From assembly GCF_009914755.1 (NCBI RefSeq), contig NC_060928.1: DNA of 64,000 nt; one strand, 5' to 3'. This document shows positions 30,681 through 45,010 of this stretch, piece after piece. The translations under genes were made by a program, and so were the position numbers. How positions within the stretch are numbered: the first letter of the stretch is position 1; the number at the start of each line of letters is the position of its first letter. The stretch is from the human T2T-CHM13v2.0 reference genome, Homo sapiens. The notes under the pieces were generated by a model. The model was not told where the DNA came from, ran no database searches, and worked only from the letters and a program-made list of their open reading frames with translations.

Positions 30681-32441
30681 CATATATATAATAAATAGCA
30701 TGTATTTATAACATACTATAAGTATACCACATTATAATGTTGTTAGAGGCTGGAACCCTTTCAGTTAACCAGGAAAGCTGACAGATATATATTACATAAG
30801 TTGCTTATTACTAGAATATCTTCTTCAAATAATATAATGTTTATTAAAATGATGCATGTAAATAGTATACAGTGTATAGGGACACTATTACCTACTCTAC
30901 AAAAAATCAATTTCTTTTTATGTATTTCAACAGTTACTAGTAGCTACATGGAGAGTAGAACATGTTAATGTAAATGCAAACATGATATAACCATGATGTT
31001 GATGAAGGTCTTGGCAAGAGAATTCTCAGTGAGACTGGCATAGTAAAAAAATTGAAATACTTAAGAGAAATTTTCCCAAGTAAATTATGAAGGGTACAGT
31101 CGAAGCAGTTTTGTTTAAAATTACAAGAACAGGGAACAGTTAAGGAAGGGTGGTACTTTCTTGTTTTTACCTCTTGGTATGGTAATCATGCTATTAACTG
31201 AAGCAGGTATTACATTAGAGAGACCAAGTTTATGCACTGTGTTGCCTAGATTACTCTCATTCTTTTCAGGAGAAAAGCATTCATTTACTCAGTGACTTAG
31301 AAAGTTGTCAGTTGACGAATAACAATCAAGATTCACTCTAGAAATTATCCTGGTCTGAAGAGGACATCTTGACCAAAGTTACCTCATTTTCTTGATGGCA
31401 ACCTGAGTTCAAACTCTGGTTGATGCCAGCGTATACATACCCAGACAGCTTTTCTGGATCTGGAACTATGCCAGCTCTGAGCTCCCTGTGGAATCAGTTG
31501 GGGATTTTCCTGTGACTGCATCACGTTAGAGCTTCTTCTTCGTCATTCATGCTTCTTTTACACTGAATAATTGCTGCCCTCCAGAGCACTCCTCATAAAC
31601 TTCCTCTCAAACTCTGTCCCAGTGTCTCTTAGTTTAGTTTTACACATGTCAAGATTAAGGTAAATCTAGAACTTAAATAATTCCTTGAATGAGAGAAGTA
31701 ATTTGAGTCAAAGGGCATAAAATGTCAGAGACATGAGATATATAATCTATAGATAATACACAATGAGAAGAAAGTAAGAAAAGGAAATATACAGAGAAAT
31801 ACAAATATTTCAAAATTTAGGCAGAAAAAAACAAACCAGGAGAGAGAAGTCAGAAAGGGACAGAAGCTGAAATGAGAAGAGAAATATTCATGGAAATGAA
31901 AAGCCACAAAATCCAAGGCAAGATCAAATATTAAGAAGGAAAGAATGGTCTCGAGATCAGATACTCTAAAGATGTCAAGTACGAGAATAGAAAAATACCT
32001 GATAGGGTTTATTTTAGGAATGCAATGCTTATTATGGTAGAAGTCATTTCAATGAAAGAGTGGCAAACAAGCCAGGCAAGAATGGGTTGAATAGGAAGTT
32101 GGAAGTGGAGAACAAATAAAAAAGTTAATTGAAGGGAATGACAGCTCATTTTACATATCAACTTGACTGGGACACAAGTGCACAGATACTTGGTCAAACA
32201 TTGTTCTGGGTGTCTCTGTAGTGATGCTTCTGAATGAGATTATCGTTTGAATAGGTAGACTGAGTTAAGCAGACTGCTTTCTCTAATGATCAAATTTCAT
32301 TTAATCAGTTGAAGACTTAAATAGGAAAAAAAAATGCTGAGTTAGAGGGAACTCCTCCTAACTAACCAATCAAGCTAGAACATTGGTCTTTTGGGCCTTT
32401 AGACTTTGACTAAAATATTCGCTTTTCTTGGATATATATGT

Positions 32442-32930
<489 letters not shown>

Positions 32931-32943
32931 ATATATGTATACC

Positions 32944-32946
<3 letters not shown>

Positions 32947-33010
<64 letters not shown>

Positions 33011-33043
33011 GAGAGAGAGAGAGAGGGAGAGAGAGAGAGAGAG
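32947..33043. repeat. Compound (CA)n(TA)n(GA)n microsatellite
   Basis: Direct reading; this is the usual MLT2-internal microsatellite, here inverted. Confidence 0.95.
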
Positions 33044-33424
33044 GATAAAGAATTGGTCATGTGAAGAAATCCCAGGATCTGCACTCAGTATGCTTGAAGA
33101 AATCCCAAGATCTAATTATGTATATACTTTCCTTTTGTTTCTCTGGAGAACCCTAACAAAATAGGAAGACTAAAAGTGAACAATTTTACTAATGGATGTA
33201 TTTAAATTTCAGGTAATAATATGCCAATAGTAAAAATACCACTTCCTTGTTTTCCCTTGGGTTTCTTCCTATTTTCTTTACCCAAATATAAGATGCTAGC
33301 ACTTCTCTATTGTTTTTTATGTAATGTTCCCGGGAACCATGATATTAAACAAAAGACTAAACCATATGTTCCAGAGGTTGAACCTTCCACCCAGATTGGG
33401 AATCCAGCACATTCTCTCCATATG

Positions 33425-33803
33425 TAGATCTGCCATTGGCAAGCTAGAGATCCAAGAGAGCAAGTGATACAATTCCAGTCCAAGCATACAGGTCTGAGAA
33501 CAAGGAGAGCCAGTGGTATAAGTTCTAGCCCAAGTGCAGGAAAAGACTGATGTCTCAACTGGAAAACTGTCAGTCAGAGTGAGCAAATTCTCTCTCATCT
33601 TGCCTTTGTTTCTGTTTAGGCTTCAAACGGTTGATGAAGCCTGCCCCCATTTGGAAGGCCAATTTACTTTTTTACTTAGTCTGTTGATTCCAGGGTTAAT
33701 CTCACAAGAAACATCCTTACAGACACAGCCATCGTAATGTTTAACCAGATATCTGGGAACCCCAAAATTCCATTCAGGTTGGCAAATAAAATTAACCATA
33801 ACA
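33425..33803 (-). mobile_element. MLT2 (ERVL) LTR, partial
   Basis: 'gatctgccattggcaagctagaga...aagactgatgtctcaact...aatgtttaaccagatatctggg...ataaaattaaccataaca'. Confidence 0.85.
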
Positions 33804-33867
33804 AATAGAGACATGATCAGACATATTTTAAAAGGATTACTCAAACTATTATGTAAAGAATAGAATA

Positions 33868-34214
<347 letters not shown>

Positions 34215-34669
34215 TTAGAGTTAAATTTTGTTGTGAAATCTTTTTAAAAATCTTATGTACCATCTTTTTACCTTACTTATTATTAGTATCTTATCTCATT
34301 TTCTTAAATGTGTGTTTTCATAAAACTGTATATTGAAAAGAGAAAAAATTTAAGTTTCTATTTTATTTTCACTTTTAACAAAGCTTCAGTTTCATGGTAA
34401 CTCCTGTTAATCTCATGAGATTTGCTTTTGCTATATCTGAAACTTTCTGTAGGTTATTTTGGTAAACATACACTAACATGAATTCTTAGGCTCCATTGCA
34501 ATTAAAATATGTCTTGTTTGATTCTTTGACTTAAAATATTTCTTGTTTGATTCATTTGGCTTTTAATAAATTATTCACACATCATTACAGTTAAATTGTA
34601 AACCCTTAAAAAACTAATCTTAAGCAGAGGTAAAAAATACATGTAACTAAGTCAGTTAACAATATTGTG

Positions 34670-35140
34670 ATTTATTCATTTATTTGTATCAGACAAATAT
34701 TTATTAGGCACTAACTTTGTGACAGAAGCTTTACTATTCACTAATGTGAAGTGATTAATAACTAATTTACTTTTCCTCATACATGCATAGGAAAAGAGAG
34801 AGGCAAGAACAAATAAGCAAGTAATCAACAATAAATAAATAAATAAATAAATAAATAAAAACTATAAAAAGATGTAAAAAGAAATAGATAGACTACTAAG
34901 ATAGAAATAAAAGGAGACCAAACTTAGATGATAAAAGAAGGATTTTCTACAGAAGTGATGTTTAAGCTGAGACCCAAGAATAAGAAACCGCCAAGCTTGC
35001 AAGAATGGAAAGAAATCTATTATAGACAGTAGGGACAATACAAATAAAGCCCCCAAGGTAAGAATGACTTTGATGAATTTGAGGAACTTAAATGCCAGTG
35101 TTGCCTGAGCATAACCGTTAAGGGCTAGATTGGAGGACTG
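34670..35140 (-). mobile_element. L2 3' fragment
   Basis: 'attcatttattt...caaatatttattaggcactaactttgtg' and 'gtgatgtttaagctgagacccaagaa'. Confidence 0.6.
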
Positions 35141-35221
35141 CAGTTGCAGTGTACAAATAATATCTGTGGTTTCTAATGCTCAGGACATGTTTAAACCATT
35201 CCAGTAAATTTGGTGGAAAAA

Positions 35222-35404
35222 AACACAATATTTAGATAAACATTTTTAAGAAGATTTAAAATAAGCACTCTGCCTAGTTTAAATAAAATATATGAATTAT
35301 TTGATTATATTAATCAAATTGGATGTTTAATTTTTTTCTGTAGGCACGATATAAGGAATCGCAGGAACAAAGCTTTTCATTTGCTACATCATCTTAATTT
35401 ACAT
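35222..35404 (+). repeat. Donor copy of the 183-bp local duplication
   Basis: About 95% identical to 32442-32930 after removing the Alu and one TSD. Confidence 0.95.
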
Positions 35405-36776
35405 GCTTCATAGCAGGAAATCCGTTTCTCTGTGTGTGTGTTTGATCTTGCCATTTTATTTCATCTTACCAAATTCTTTATAAAGGGCTATCAAATATAA
35501 ACCTTGGGAAATATATATATAAAATCTATTTCCATTTTTATCCTGTTACTGAGGTCTTTTATATTGAAAAAAAATCCCTAAGGTTGGTCTCATTTTGTAT
35601 GCAGCTTGAAGATACAGTTTAATGTCTGCAGAGATACATTTATTTATTTTAACTTTGATCATAGTTGAAAACCTAATAGTGTGTTTTAGGCATATTTTCC
35701 CCTTAGGTTGTAAAATATTCTTTTTAAAATTTTGACCCAAAAGAATCTAATTTTAATGCTGTATATATAAATGTATATTTCTCCAATAAAAACGAATTGG
35801 AAATCCTTTTATCACATAAAAATATAACCAAGAGGGATTTATGCTTGTTGTAGTGTACAAGCTAAGGAATATAAATTGTTAGCCACATTATAAAGAATTT
35901 TAACAATGACTATAAGAATCTATGCATTTAAAACAGTAATTTATTTTAAAGTATTAATTTTTTCTAGCAATCTCATTTTCTGCATTTTAACATAAAAACA
36001 TAGATAAGTTGACCTGTTATGTCTGAATGTCACATTTTAATGTAACAGAAATTACAAATTCAGGTTCAGATGTGCATAAATCAAATTTTCGTAATCAAAT
36101 ATCAGAATATCCCATTGAGTAAAAATACACTGTTACTTCTCATTTTTAATGGGAAAACCTAATGAACAATTAGGTTAAACTATTCAGAAACTAACATGGA
36201 TGCATTTAATAGTTCTTTCATTGTCAGTTGACTGAAATAATTTGGCATGTGAAATATATTATGAGATTTTAAAAATACATTTTCTTTGTTAACTCATGTA
36301 TACCACTATGTGTCAAACTCTGCTAGGACCAATCCCAGCTGTCACAAAACCAACACTAACTGGGTAAGTGTAAGGTATTCAGACAGGTCAGAATAATGGC
36401 AGCACTTAACACAGTGTACTGCTTGAAAAGGAATTAGTATCTACTCTGGTAATTCAATCAGTGGTGCATCAAAATTACCTAGAGAACACTTCAAAAATTC
36501 AAAAGCCCTATCTCAAATTGAAACAAAATGGGGGATGGTTTCTGCTGTAAATCAGGGAGTGATGTGATCAAATATACAAATAAGGGAGGTAATTCAAGCA
36601 TCAGAATATAAAATAGATGAGGTGATACAGGAAGTAACTATACCATTGCAGTAGATGCTTCAGTCATTTGGCTGAGAATCATGGTGCATGAGAGTAGAAA
36701 AGGAAGAGAGGAACTTAATTATGTAGAGGAAAACAATTGTTTAAGAATCTGGAACAAATATGTGCTGAAATTGATA

Positions 36777-37097
36777 TATGCTGTGCAATATGTTAGCCAG
36801 TAGCCGTGTATATTTATTGAACTCTTGAGATGTAGCTGGCTTAAGTTGAGATGTGTGTTATATGTAAAATATACTTTAGATTTTTGAAGACCTGCTAAGA
36901 ATAAAAAAGAATGTCAAATATCTTATGAATAGTATTACATTGATTCACATTTTAAAATGACAATAATGTGGACATGTTGGAAAAATACAGTATTAATTTC
37001 CTTTTCACTTTTTAAAATGAGACTAATAAGAATTTGAAATTACACATGTGACTCTCACTTTGACTAGTATTATATATGTATCTACTGAACAACACTA
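36777..37097. mobile_element. MER33 (hAT-Charlie MITE)
   Basis: 'gctgtgcaatatgttagccagtagcc...ttgagatgtg...aaagaatgtcaaatatct...gaaattacacatgtgactc'. Confidence 0.8.
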
Positions 37098-39819
37098 CCT
37101 TTGATAATTATCTAAACTTCATAATTTTAAATGTCACTTAATCTTTCTAAGATTCTGTTTCACTTCAGCAGAATGTAAATAACTACATTTTCTAAAAATT
37201 CCACAGGCTTATTTGGAAGAACAATTAAAACAATATATTAAAAACTGCATAAATAACAAAACATTATATAAATTACTTCAAAAGACATTAAGTGAATAAA
37301 ATGCAAAATTTACCCTAGGTTTCTTTGAAAATAACTTATATGTAAATGTAACTTTCACGATGTGACAGCTATTTGATGGCTACAAATAAGCACAGACTAT
37401 GACCCTATTTAGGAAGGGCAAATATTTCATTCTTGTAAATGCCTAGAGAAATATAAGACGTATCTAATGATAACATGTAATTACCACCTAATAACCTTCA
37501 AAACATCCAAATGGTCTCTATAACGTGCAATAATTTTTCTATATACCTAGAATTACCCCCTCCAAGTTTCATTACGCCCGAACTCCAGCATTCTAAACAT
37601 TGAAGTTGTTGAATAAACAAATGTTTGTCCTATTTATACATTACAGTAATTCATTAATTCTTATCACTTTCTTTTTCAGTTTTTTAATTTTGCTTCTAGT
37701 CTCAGTTTTAAACTAATGATAATATATAGATAAATATATTTCTTGCAAACTCATTCTTTTAAATACTGTGAAAGATAATTTTTACAGCCTGAACTGAGCC
37801 AGTGGTAATTTTTAAAGTCATCTTCAGTTGAAAGTACCTGTTTTCACCTTTCACAATTGGCAGGGGTTTTGTTATTATATACAACACTCATAACTTGCTT
37901 GAGAGAATCGCTAAAGTGACTTTTCCCAAAAATAAATGAACATTTTCTTTTGGTTTTGTTTTCAAAATTAGTCAAAGTGGGAGTTGATCTCCCTTTAAAT
38001 TGCAATAAAACATCAAAGACTTCAAGCCTTGCATACAGTGTTCATGACATAAAGGGAACATTAAACACTCAGTCTAATGTAAAATAATTATAAATCAGTT
38101 GGCAAATGTAACCACACATACTACTTCTTTTATGTATTTACACTATTAATTTGGATAAGAAGACTAAGATCATTTAATAATTTTTCTTGATATGTGAAAT
38201 ATGATATATTTAATGTTTCATTATAAATAGGATTATATGTTTTGTTCCCTATAGGAAATTTTTTAAGCCAGAAAACGTATTATTAATGCATAATAGCAGT
38301 AATAATTATTATTATAATTATAAAAACTCAGGAAACTCAGACAAGCACAGTTCCTATTGAATTCATGATCTTTATAAAAAATAATTTTCTTGTGAACAGC
38401 TTATGTTTCCTTAAAACACATAATAAATTTTTTATAAATAATTTTTACCTACATCTTAGAGAATCCTTTTCTCCAAACCATTCCATTTTCTTCCTAATAC
38501 CCTCTTCCAAACGCCACCAAGGATGGCAAATGACCATGTTTCAGTTCTGCAGTTTGTAGAGGAAAGCTCAATGTAGTCACCCTTATTCCCTGAATAAAAT
38601 TAGATGGTTTGGTTATGTTGCTTTTACAAAGAAGGTAATGATGAAGTGTAAAAAGTCATGTGTAATGTGATGTAGAAAAGTAGCAGAGGCCAGAAACACA
38701 GGATCTTGGTTACTATTCAATACCTGGTTCTTTACATATTTTCTCTTATTTCCCCTTTGGAAATTTCCCTCTGGGTGGTATATATCCTGTGTTTTCCAAT
38801 AACATAAAAATATTATCTTGCCTGCCATGAGGAAGATTTGGTATGTAAAAATACATTGAGGGCAATGTTATAGTGTGTTGGACCCTAAGAAATTGAAGGA
38901 AAATCAGAACACAATATTAATTTGTGAATACAATATTTAAGATGAGAGAAATAAAAAACACATTTTGATATTAGGAGGCCATGGATATTACCAAGGAAAC
39001 ATGCTATGGCATATAAAATATGGGTTTTTACAAGCATTTTAACAATACATTCAGATAATTCTATATTTCTTTTATTTAGCTCTTCAATAATTACACAGTG
39101 AGCTTCTATATGTGCTACTAGGCAATAAGGAATACCATAGTGAAAAAAAATTTCTTACATTTGTAGACTGTAAAGTCATTTTTGAGCACAAATACATTGT
39201 TAAAATCCTATAAAGAATATCCTTACAATTTGGTATGTGTATGGAAGGAACACTTCAAGCGACTAGGAGACCATATGTTATGAAAGATAAGATACTTTGA
39301 CATTACCATGTAATTATACATATATCAGTGGGAAAGCAAATGGAATTAACAAGGTCTGACTAATGACTATTGTTTGTATATTGTCCCAAATCTAAGTAAT
39401 CTATCTCAAAAGAGAAAAAAGAAAAGGTAATATTTGTAGAAAATCTTTGGAGATCTTGTTAGTTGTCTATATTTTGGTTAATGATTCAGAACAAATGAAA
39501 GAAAGCAATACATTTCTTCTCACTGCCTAGTATATAAAACAAGTGCTGTAATTAGATGCTATGATTATGTTTGGTTTAAATTACATGGAAGGAATTATAA
39601 CTGAAGAACTTCTATTAATGACAATGGATTTAAGTGGCTCAGAATCTCTATGAATGATATAATCATAAAAGCTGTACTAAGAAAAAAACACATAAAGGTT
39701 TTACAAAGTGTTCCATTACAGATAGATAGCAGAAGAGAGTTGGTTCCTTAATACAACTCCAGCTGGAAGGAGTAAGATGAACACACAATAATCATACAAA
39801 ATTTGTATATAAATAAATA

Positions 39820-40574
39820 CTTAAAATAGCATTGTGCCTTAAACTGGAAATAACAAATTGTCTATGAACAATAATGTTATAGTCTCAATGCTATAATATT
39901 CAGCAATAAAAAGGAATGAATTATGTATACATATAACAAAAACAAATGTTAATACTGATATACTGAGTGAAAGAAGCAACACACAAAAGAATATATATTA
40001 TGATTTTAGTTATATGAATTTCTGGACTCAACAAACTCATCTATAGTACAAATAGCAGATGAGTCATTGCCTGTGGTTGTGGGAGAGAAGTGATGTTATA
40101 GTCTACATGTGTCTCCCCAAAATTTATATATTGAAATCTTAACCCATCAATGTAATGGTATTAGGAGATGAGGCCTTTGGGAGCTGGCGTAGCTCATGAG
40201 GGTCAGGCCCTCATGAATGGGATTCATGTCCTTATAAAAGAGACCCCAGGAAGCTCTCTCACTCTATTTCCACCATGCAAGGGCCTTCATCAGAATCCAA
40301 CCATGCCAGCACCCTAATTTCAAACTTCCAGCCTTCAGAACTATGAGAAATAAATTTCTATTTTTATGAGCCACCCAATCTATGGTACTTTGTTACAGCG
40401 CTGGAACTAAGAGAGGTGGTTAACTACAATGGACAATGAGAGAAAATTACAGAGCAATAAACGCTGTTTGTATGTTGATTTTGGTGGTGCTTATGTGTGC
40501 ATGCATTTGACAAAAGTCATTGAACTGTAAATGTAAAATGTTTCTTATTTGTCCATGTTTTCTTAATAATGCTG
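39820..40574 (+). mobile_element. L1M (L1MD/ME-type) 3' end, interrupted by MLT1A
   Basis: 'cagcaataaaaaggaatgaatt...tactgagtgaaagaagcaacacacaaaagaata'; resumes after 40414. Confidence 0.7.
40094..40414 (+). mobile_element. MLT1A-like MaLR solo LTR
   Basis: 'tgttatagtctacatgtgtctccccaaaatt...ccctcatgaatgggatt...ccttataaaagagacccc...gagaaataaatttct'. Confidence 0.9.
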
Positions 40575-40898
40575 TTTTTTTGGTTTGTTATTGTTGTTGT
40601 TGTTGTTGTTTTTTGGTTTTGTTTTGTTTCGTTTTTGAGACAAAGTCTCACCCTGTTGCCCAGGCCAGAGTGCAGTGGTACGCTTTTGGCTCACTGAAAC
40701 CTTGGCCTCCCAGGTTGAAGCAATTCTCCTGCCTCAGCCTCCCAAGAAGCTTGGCTTACTGGCGTGCGCCACCATGCCTGGCTAATTTTTGTAGAGACTG
40801 GGTTTCACCATGTTGGCCAGGCTGGTCTCAAACTCCTGACCACCCGCCTCAGCCTCCCAAAGTGCTGGGATTACAGGCATGAGCCACCATGCCCAGTC
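40575..40898 (-). mobile_element. Alu (AluS/J) with (GTT)n-derived tail
   Basis: TSD AATAATGCTG at 40565-40574 and 40899-40908. Confidence 0.93.
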
Positions 40899-40949
40899 AA
40901 TAATGCTGATTCTTAAAAGATAAGAAAAAAGCATTATAGGTAGAATAGG

Positions 40950-42190
40950 CTTCTATTTCCAATTAAAATGCTGTAAAAAAGGACTGTATGTAGCCTCCTA
41001 CCTAAAACAACTAAGAAAATTGACAAAATGTGTACAAGGATATAACTACAATGTTATTGAGTATCAGACAACAAAAGATAATGATCTCTGAAAAAAAGGG
41101 AATCCAAAATGGTTCCACTTACTGACTAGAGAAAGTTTCTAGGCCACAGGGCAGTGAGAGAGAATGGATGCTTTCCCTTAGTGGAGGAGACAGAGCTGTG
41201 AGTCTGAGGGGCCCACGGTGACTTTAATTCACAGAATAGCATACCAGAGAGGAGAGAGCTGAGCAAAGAGAAAAACTCTGAATATCTACAGTGGACCCTT
41301 TTTAATATTCAGCTGAATCTGATCAGCATATTTGTATGAAGAAACTACCCGAGTGACTGTTCCCAAGAAACGAGTGAAAACCTTGTAATTCACGAGGGCA
41401 TCAGGTAGTGTTTTTAAAAGGATCTTGCTTAGTCACAGGAAAAATTTACCTGAGAATAAACATTGACCAACAAAGCTTAAATGCAAGACCCAAAAGGATT
41501 AAACTGTTTCCCTTTAAAATTGCATCTTGGGTCAATGCTCAATAAAATATATCAAAATAAAACATATATGGCATCGATGAAGCAAAATTCACAATATCTG
41601 ACATCCAATCAAAAATTATACGTTATAAAAAGAAGTACAAAAGTAGAACAGTATGCGAGAATAAAAATCAATCAATTAAAACTGACTTAGTCCATTTTAT
41701 GTTATTATAACAGAATATCACAAGCTGGATAAGTTATAATAAATGGAAATTTATGGGCTCACAGTTCTGGAGGCTAGAAAATTTAATATCAAGGTGTTAG
41801 CATCTTGCAAGCACCTTCTTGCTGTGTAATCACATGGTGAAAGGCAAGGTGGTGAGAGAGCAGAGCAAGAAGGGGCTCAACTTACCCTTTTGTAATGGCC
41901 TAAATTTTACCAAGAGGAAAATCCCTGATGACCTAATCACCTCTCACATATCCCATCTCTTAATAGTGTTACAATGGCAATAACATTTCAACATAATGAT
42001 GGCAGGGGGCAAATATTCAAAGCATAGCAAAAACTGATCCAGAAATTACATTTGATAGAATTTGCAGACAAGTACATTAAAATAATTATAATAGTGTTTC
42101 ATATGTTCAAGAAACTAGAGAAAAGATGGAAATTTTTAAGTAAAAATTTTTGAAGGAGAAAACTACACTGCCTGAGATAAAAAATCAAAT
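40950..42190 (+). mobile_element. Old L1M 5' region, interrupted by a MaLR LTR
   Basis: 'aaaattcacaatatctgacatccaatcaaaaattata' and 'agaatttgcagacaagtacattaaaataattataatagtgtttcatatgttcaagaaactagag' resemble an L1M 5'/ORF1 start. Confidence 0.6.
41683..42029 (-). mobile_element. MST/MLT1A-type MaLR solo LTR
   Basis: TG...CA ends with perfect 5-bp TSD AAAAC (41678-41682 / 42030-42034); 'gctcacagttctggaggct' and 'tgacctaatcacctc'. Confidence 0.9.
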
Positions 42191-42299
42191 ACTATTTTAG
42201 GGTTGAACATTGTGGATATTTAATGCTCATTTTAAAATAAATATGGCCCAAACAGAATTTCAGATTTTACGAGTATTTCTTTGACTGTCTTATCCTCTA

Positions 42300-43130
42300 A
42301 GTTAATGGAAGTTACAATATATTAGCTGCTCAGTCATAAAAAACTTCACATAGAAACATCCTCGACTCTTCCCTTTTGTTCTCACTTCATATCTAATCCA
42401 TCGGCCAGTCTCTTACCTATATTTTCAAAATATAACTAGAATCCCATCATTTGTGTCTCAGTTTATGGCAATGTCCTCCTTACTGGTCTCCTTGCTTCAT
42501 TTTGGTTCCTCTACAGATTACTTTTAAACGCAGCAGCCAGAGTGATTCTATATAACCTAAATCTAAATGTCATCTTTCTGCTAAATATTATCATATGATT
42601 TCCAAACTTAATAGAACATCCTTTACATGGCTTATACATTGCACTATGATTTGGCCTATAATTGCTTTTCTGATATCATAAGTTACTATTTTCCATCACT
42701 CATTATGGTCCAATTACACTGGCTTCCTTATTCTTCATTGAAAGCATCTCACATGCTTCACCTTGTGTTACACTTGCTTCCTCTGAATGAAGCCATCTTC
42801 TACCATATATCCAAATGGCTCACTCCTTCACTTCCTTCAGATTTTAGGTTATCAGTGAGACTTTTCTTTAACATCCTAATATAAAATAGGAGTTTTTCCA
42901 TTATTTATTTTCCTAACCCAACTTGAATTTTCTTTATGTAACATCCAAACCTGATACAGCATATGCTTATTTGTGTTTATGAACTCTCTCTCATAGAATG
43001 CAAACATATTAGTAGAAACAGTAACAGAAAAAATACCCTTTTGTTGACTGTCATCTCACTAGCACCTATGACAGGGAATAGCACATAGTAGGCCCTCAAG
43101 TGTTGAATAAATTAACAAATAAATTAATAA
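42300..43130 (+). mobile_element. L2a 3' portion
   Basis: 'ctcctt actggtctccttgcttc...cagcagccagagtgattc...gcacatagtaggccctcaag tgttgaataaat'. Confidence 0.8.
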
Positions 43131-43629
43131 AACCAAAAAAGATGAAGAGGTAATAATTCCTATTTACATGGTACAAGATTTGAGTATTATGATAGAACAA
43201 GCAAAGTAATATTTTAAAGGATTAAAATAGAATTAGAAGAATTAGAGGTAATGTTTATGTGGACTATTGTGGTTTCTGAACTGCTTTGTTTCTCTTGGAT
43301 ACCCTTTTCGTTCAAACAAATCTTTGTGTTGTAGCTATCATGATAATTCTAAATTAGAAGCCTAATCATTTAGCTTCCAATCCTTCAACGACTCCCCACA
43401 TGTGCCCTATTATTGGAAGTTTCTATTAATCTGAGCCATCCTCCCTCATCACCTAGGCTGGAACATAAAGCTTGTATAAAGTGTGGGGAATTCTGACTTC
43501 ACTCTACTCACTCAAATAGGCTTCTCTTACAGGAACTGCTCTGGATCTGAGATTCCAAACTTCATGGTCTTATTTTGAAAGCTGTTCCTGGCCCCTTTGG
43601 CTTTGATGTTGTATTTAGTCCCTCATTTT

Positions 43630-43745
43630 TTGACACACTTTAATAATATATAATTATAGGGTACACAGCAATGCTATATGTATATAGTATACAGTAATTA
43701 AATAAGTGAATTTACATATCCATCACCTTAAACACTTCCCATTTA
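43630..43745 (-). mobile_element. L1MA 3' end fragment
   Basis: 'tataattatagggtacac...catatccatcaccttaaacactt'. Confidence 0.55.
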
Positions 43746-44201
43746 TTCCTCCTGATGGACTATCATATTTGGTTCGAATATCCCTTTCTCATAGCTCAAT
43801 CAATTTCACCAGGATGTTCAGGATGTGCACCGTACTTTTGGGCTCACTACTTTCAGCCTGAGTTTAATTTGGGGGTGGTGAATGGATAGACTCTACATTT
43901 GATAAAACAAAAGTTGAAAGTCCAAGTGTAGCCTTTAATTTTCCTCTGTTTTCCTACTTCTTTAGCCTCATTTTATTCCATGCTCTCTTTAACAAGTTTT
44001 GGCTTTCCAGATAGAGTATAGTGTTTGCAACACACCATTGAAGATTTGTTGATTGGCCTACCCAGCCCCTATTTTAACCTCCTTTCACGTTTTATGTTTC
44101 TATTATAAAGTTTATGAAAGCTAAATACTCACATTTTTAACATTTGTTTTAGCCTGAAGTGTCAAGCGGCTATTGGATCTAGTCACAGTTAATCAGATAT
44201 A

Positions 44202-44524
44202 CAGTTAGCCCTCTGTATTCACAGATTCTATATCCATGGATTCAATCAACCACAAATCAAAAATATCATTTAAAAAAAGCAATGACAAAGTAGTGCAACA
44301 ACAAAAATTAGCACACATAAACAGTTAAACAATGATTTACATAGCATTTGTATTGTATTAGGTAGTATAAATAACCTAGAGATGATTTAAAGTATATAAG
44401 AGGATGTGCATAGGTTATAGGTATATACTATGCCATTTTGAATAAGGGACTTGAGTATCTATGGATTTCTGTATCTGTTGGGGGGTCCTGGAACTAATCG
44501 CTTTTGAATACCAAAGGATGATGG
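44202..44524 (+). mobile_element. MER2-like TcMar-Tigger MITE
   Basis: TA|CAGTTAGCCCTCTGTAT...ATACCAAAGGATGATGG|TA; internal 'tagagatgatttaaagtata...aggatgtgcataggttat'. Confidence 0.85.
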
Positions 44525-44759
44525 TAAAGGAAAATCTATTGGTACCACCCATTTCTTACCTAACATAACAGCAAGATGGGTAGAGTTGCAGCAGCCCTCT
44601 TGTTACCATTAGAAAAAAAGAAAATAAAACAATAATAGTATTGCAACACATCATATAGCATCATCGAGCTACTGAATCAACACTAGCAACCATCTGTTTC
44701 TGGACTTCTTATTAAATGGGGACAGGGAAATGTTTATTTATTTAAAAATTAATTTAAAT

Positions 44760-45010
44760 TATTTTAACTTCTTCAAAATTTATTGGGGTGTAATTGACAA
44801 AATTATGTATAGTTAAGGTGTATAATGTATAATTTTATAGGCATATATACTGTGAAATAATTACCACAATCAAATTAGTTAACACATGTTATCTCACATA
44901 GCTACCGATTTTAATTTTTGATGAGAACATTTAGTATCCACTTTTTTAGCAAATTTCAAGCATATATGATAGAGTATTATTAAATCTAGCCAGCAGCCTG
45001 CATATTAGCC
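44760..45010 (-). mobile_element. L1MA9/10-like 3' end
   Basis: 'tttattggggtgtaattgacaa...ttaccacaatcaaattagttaacac...tagcaaatttcaag'. Confidence 0.75.
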
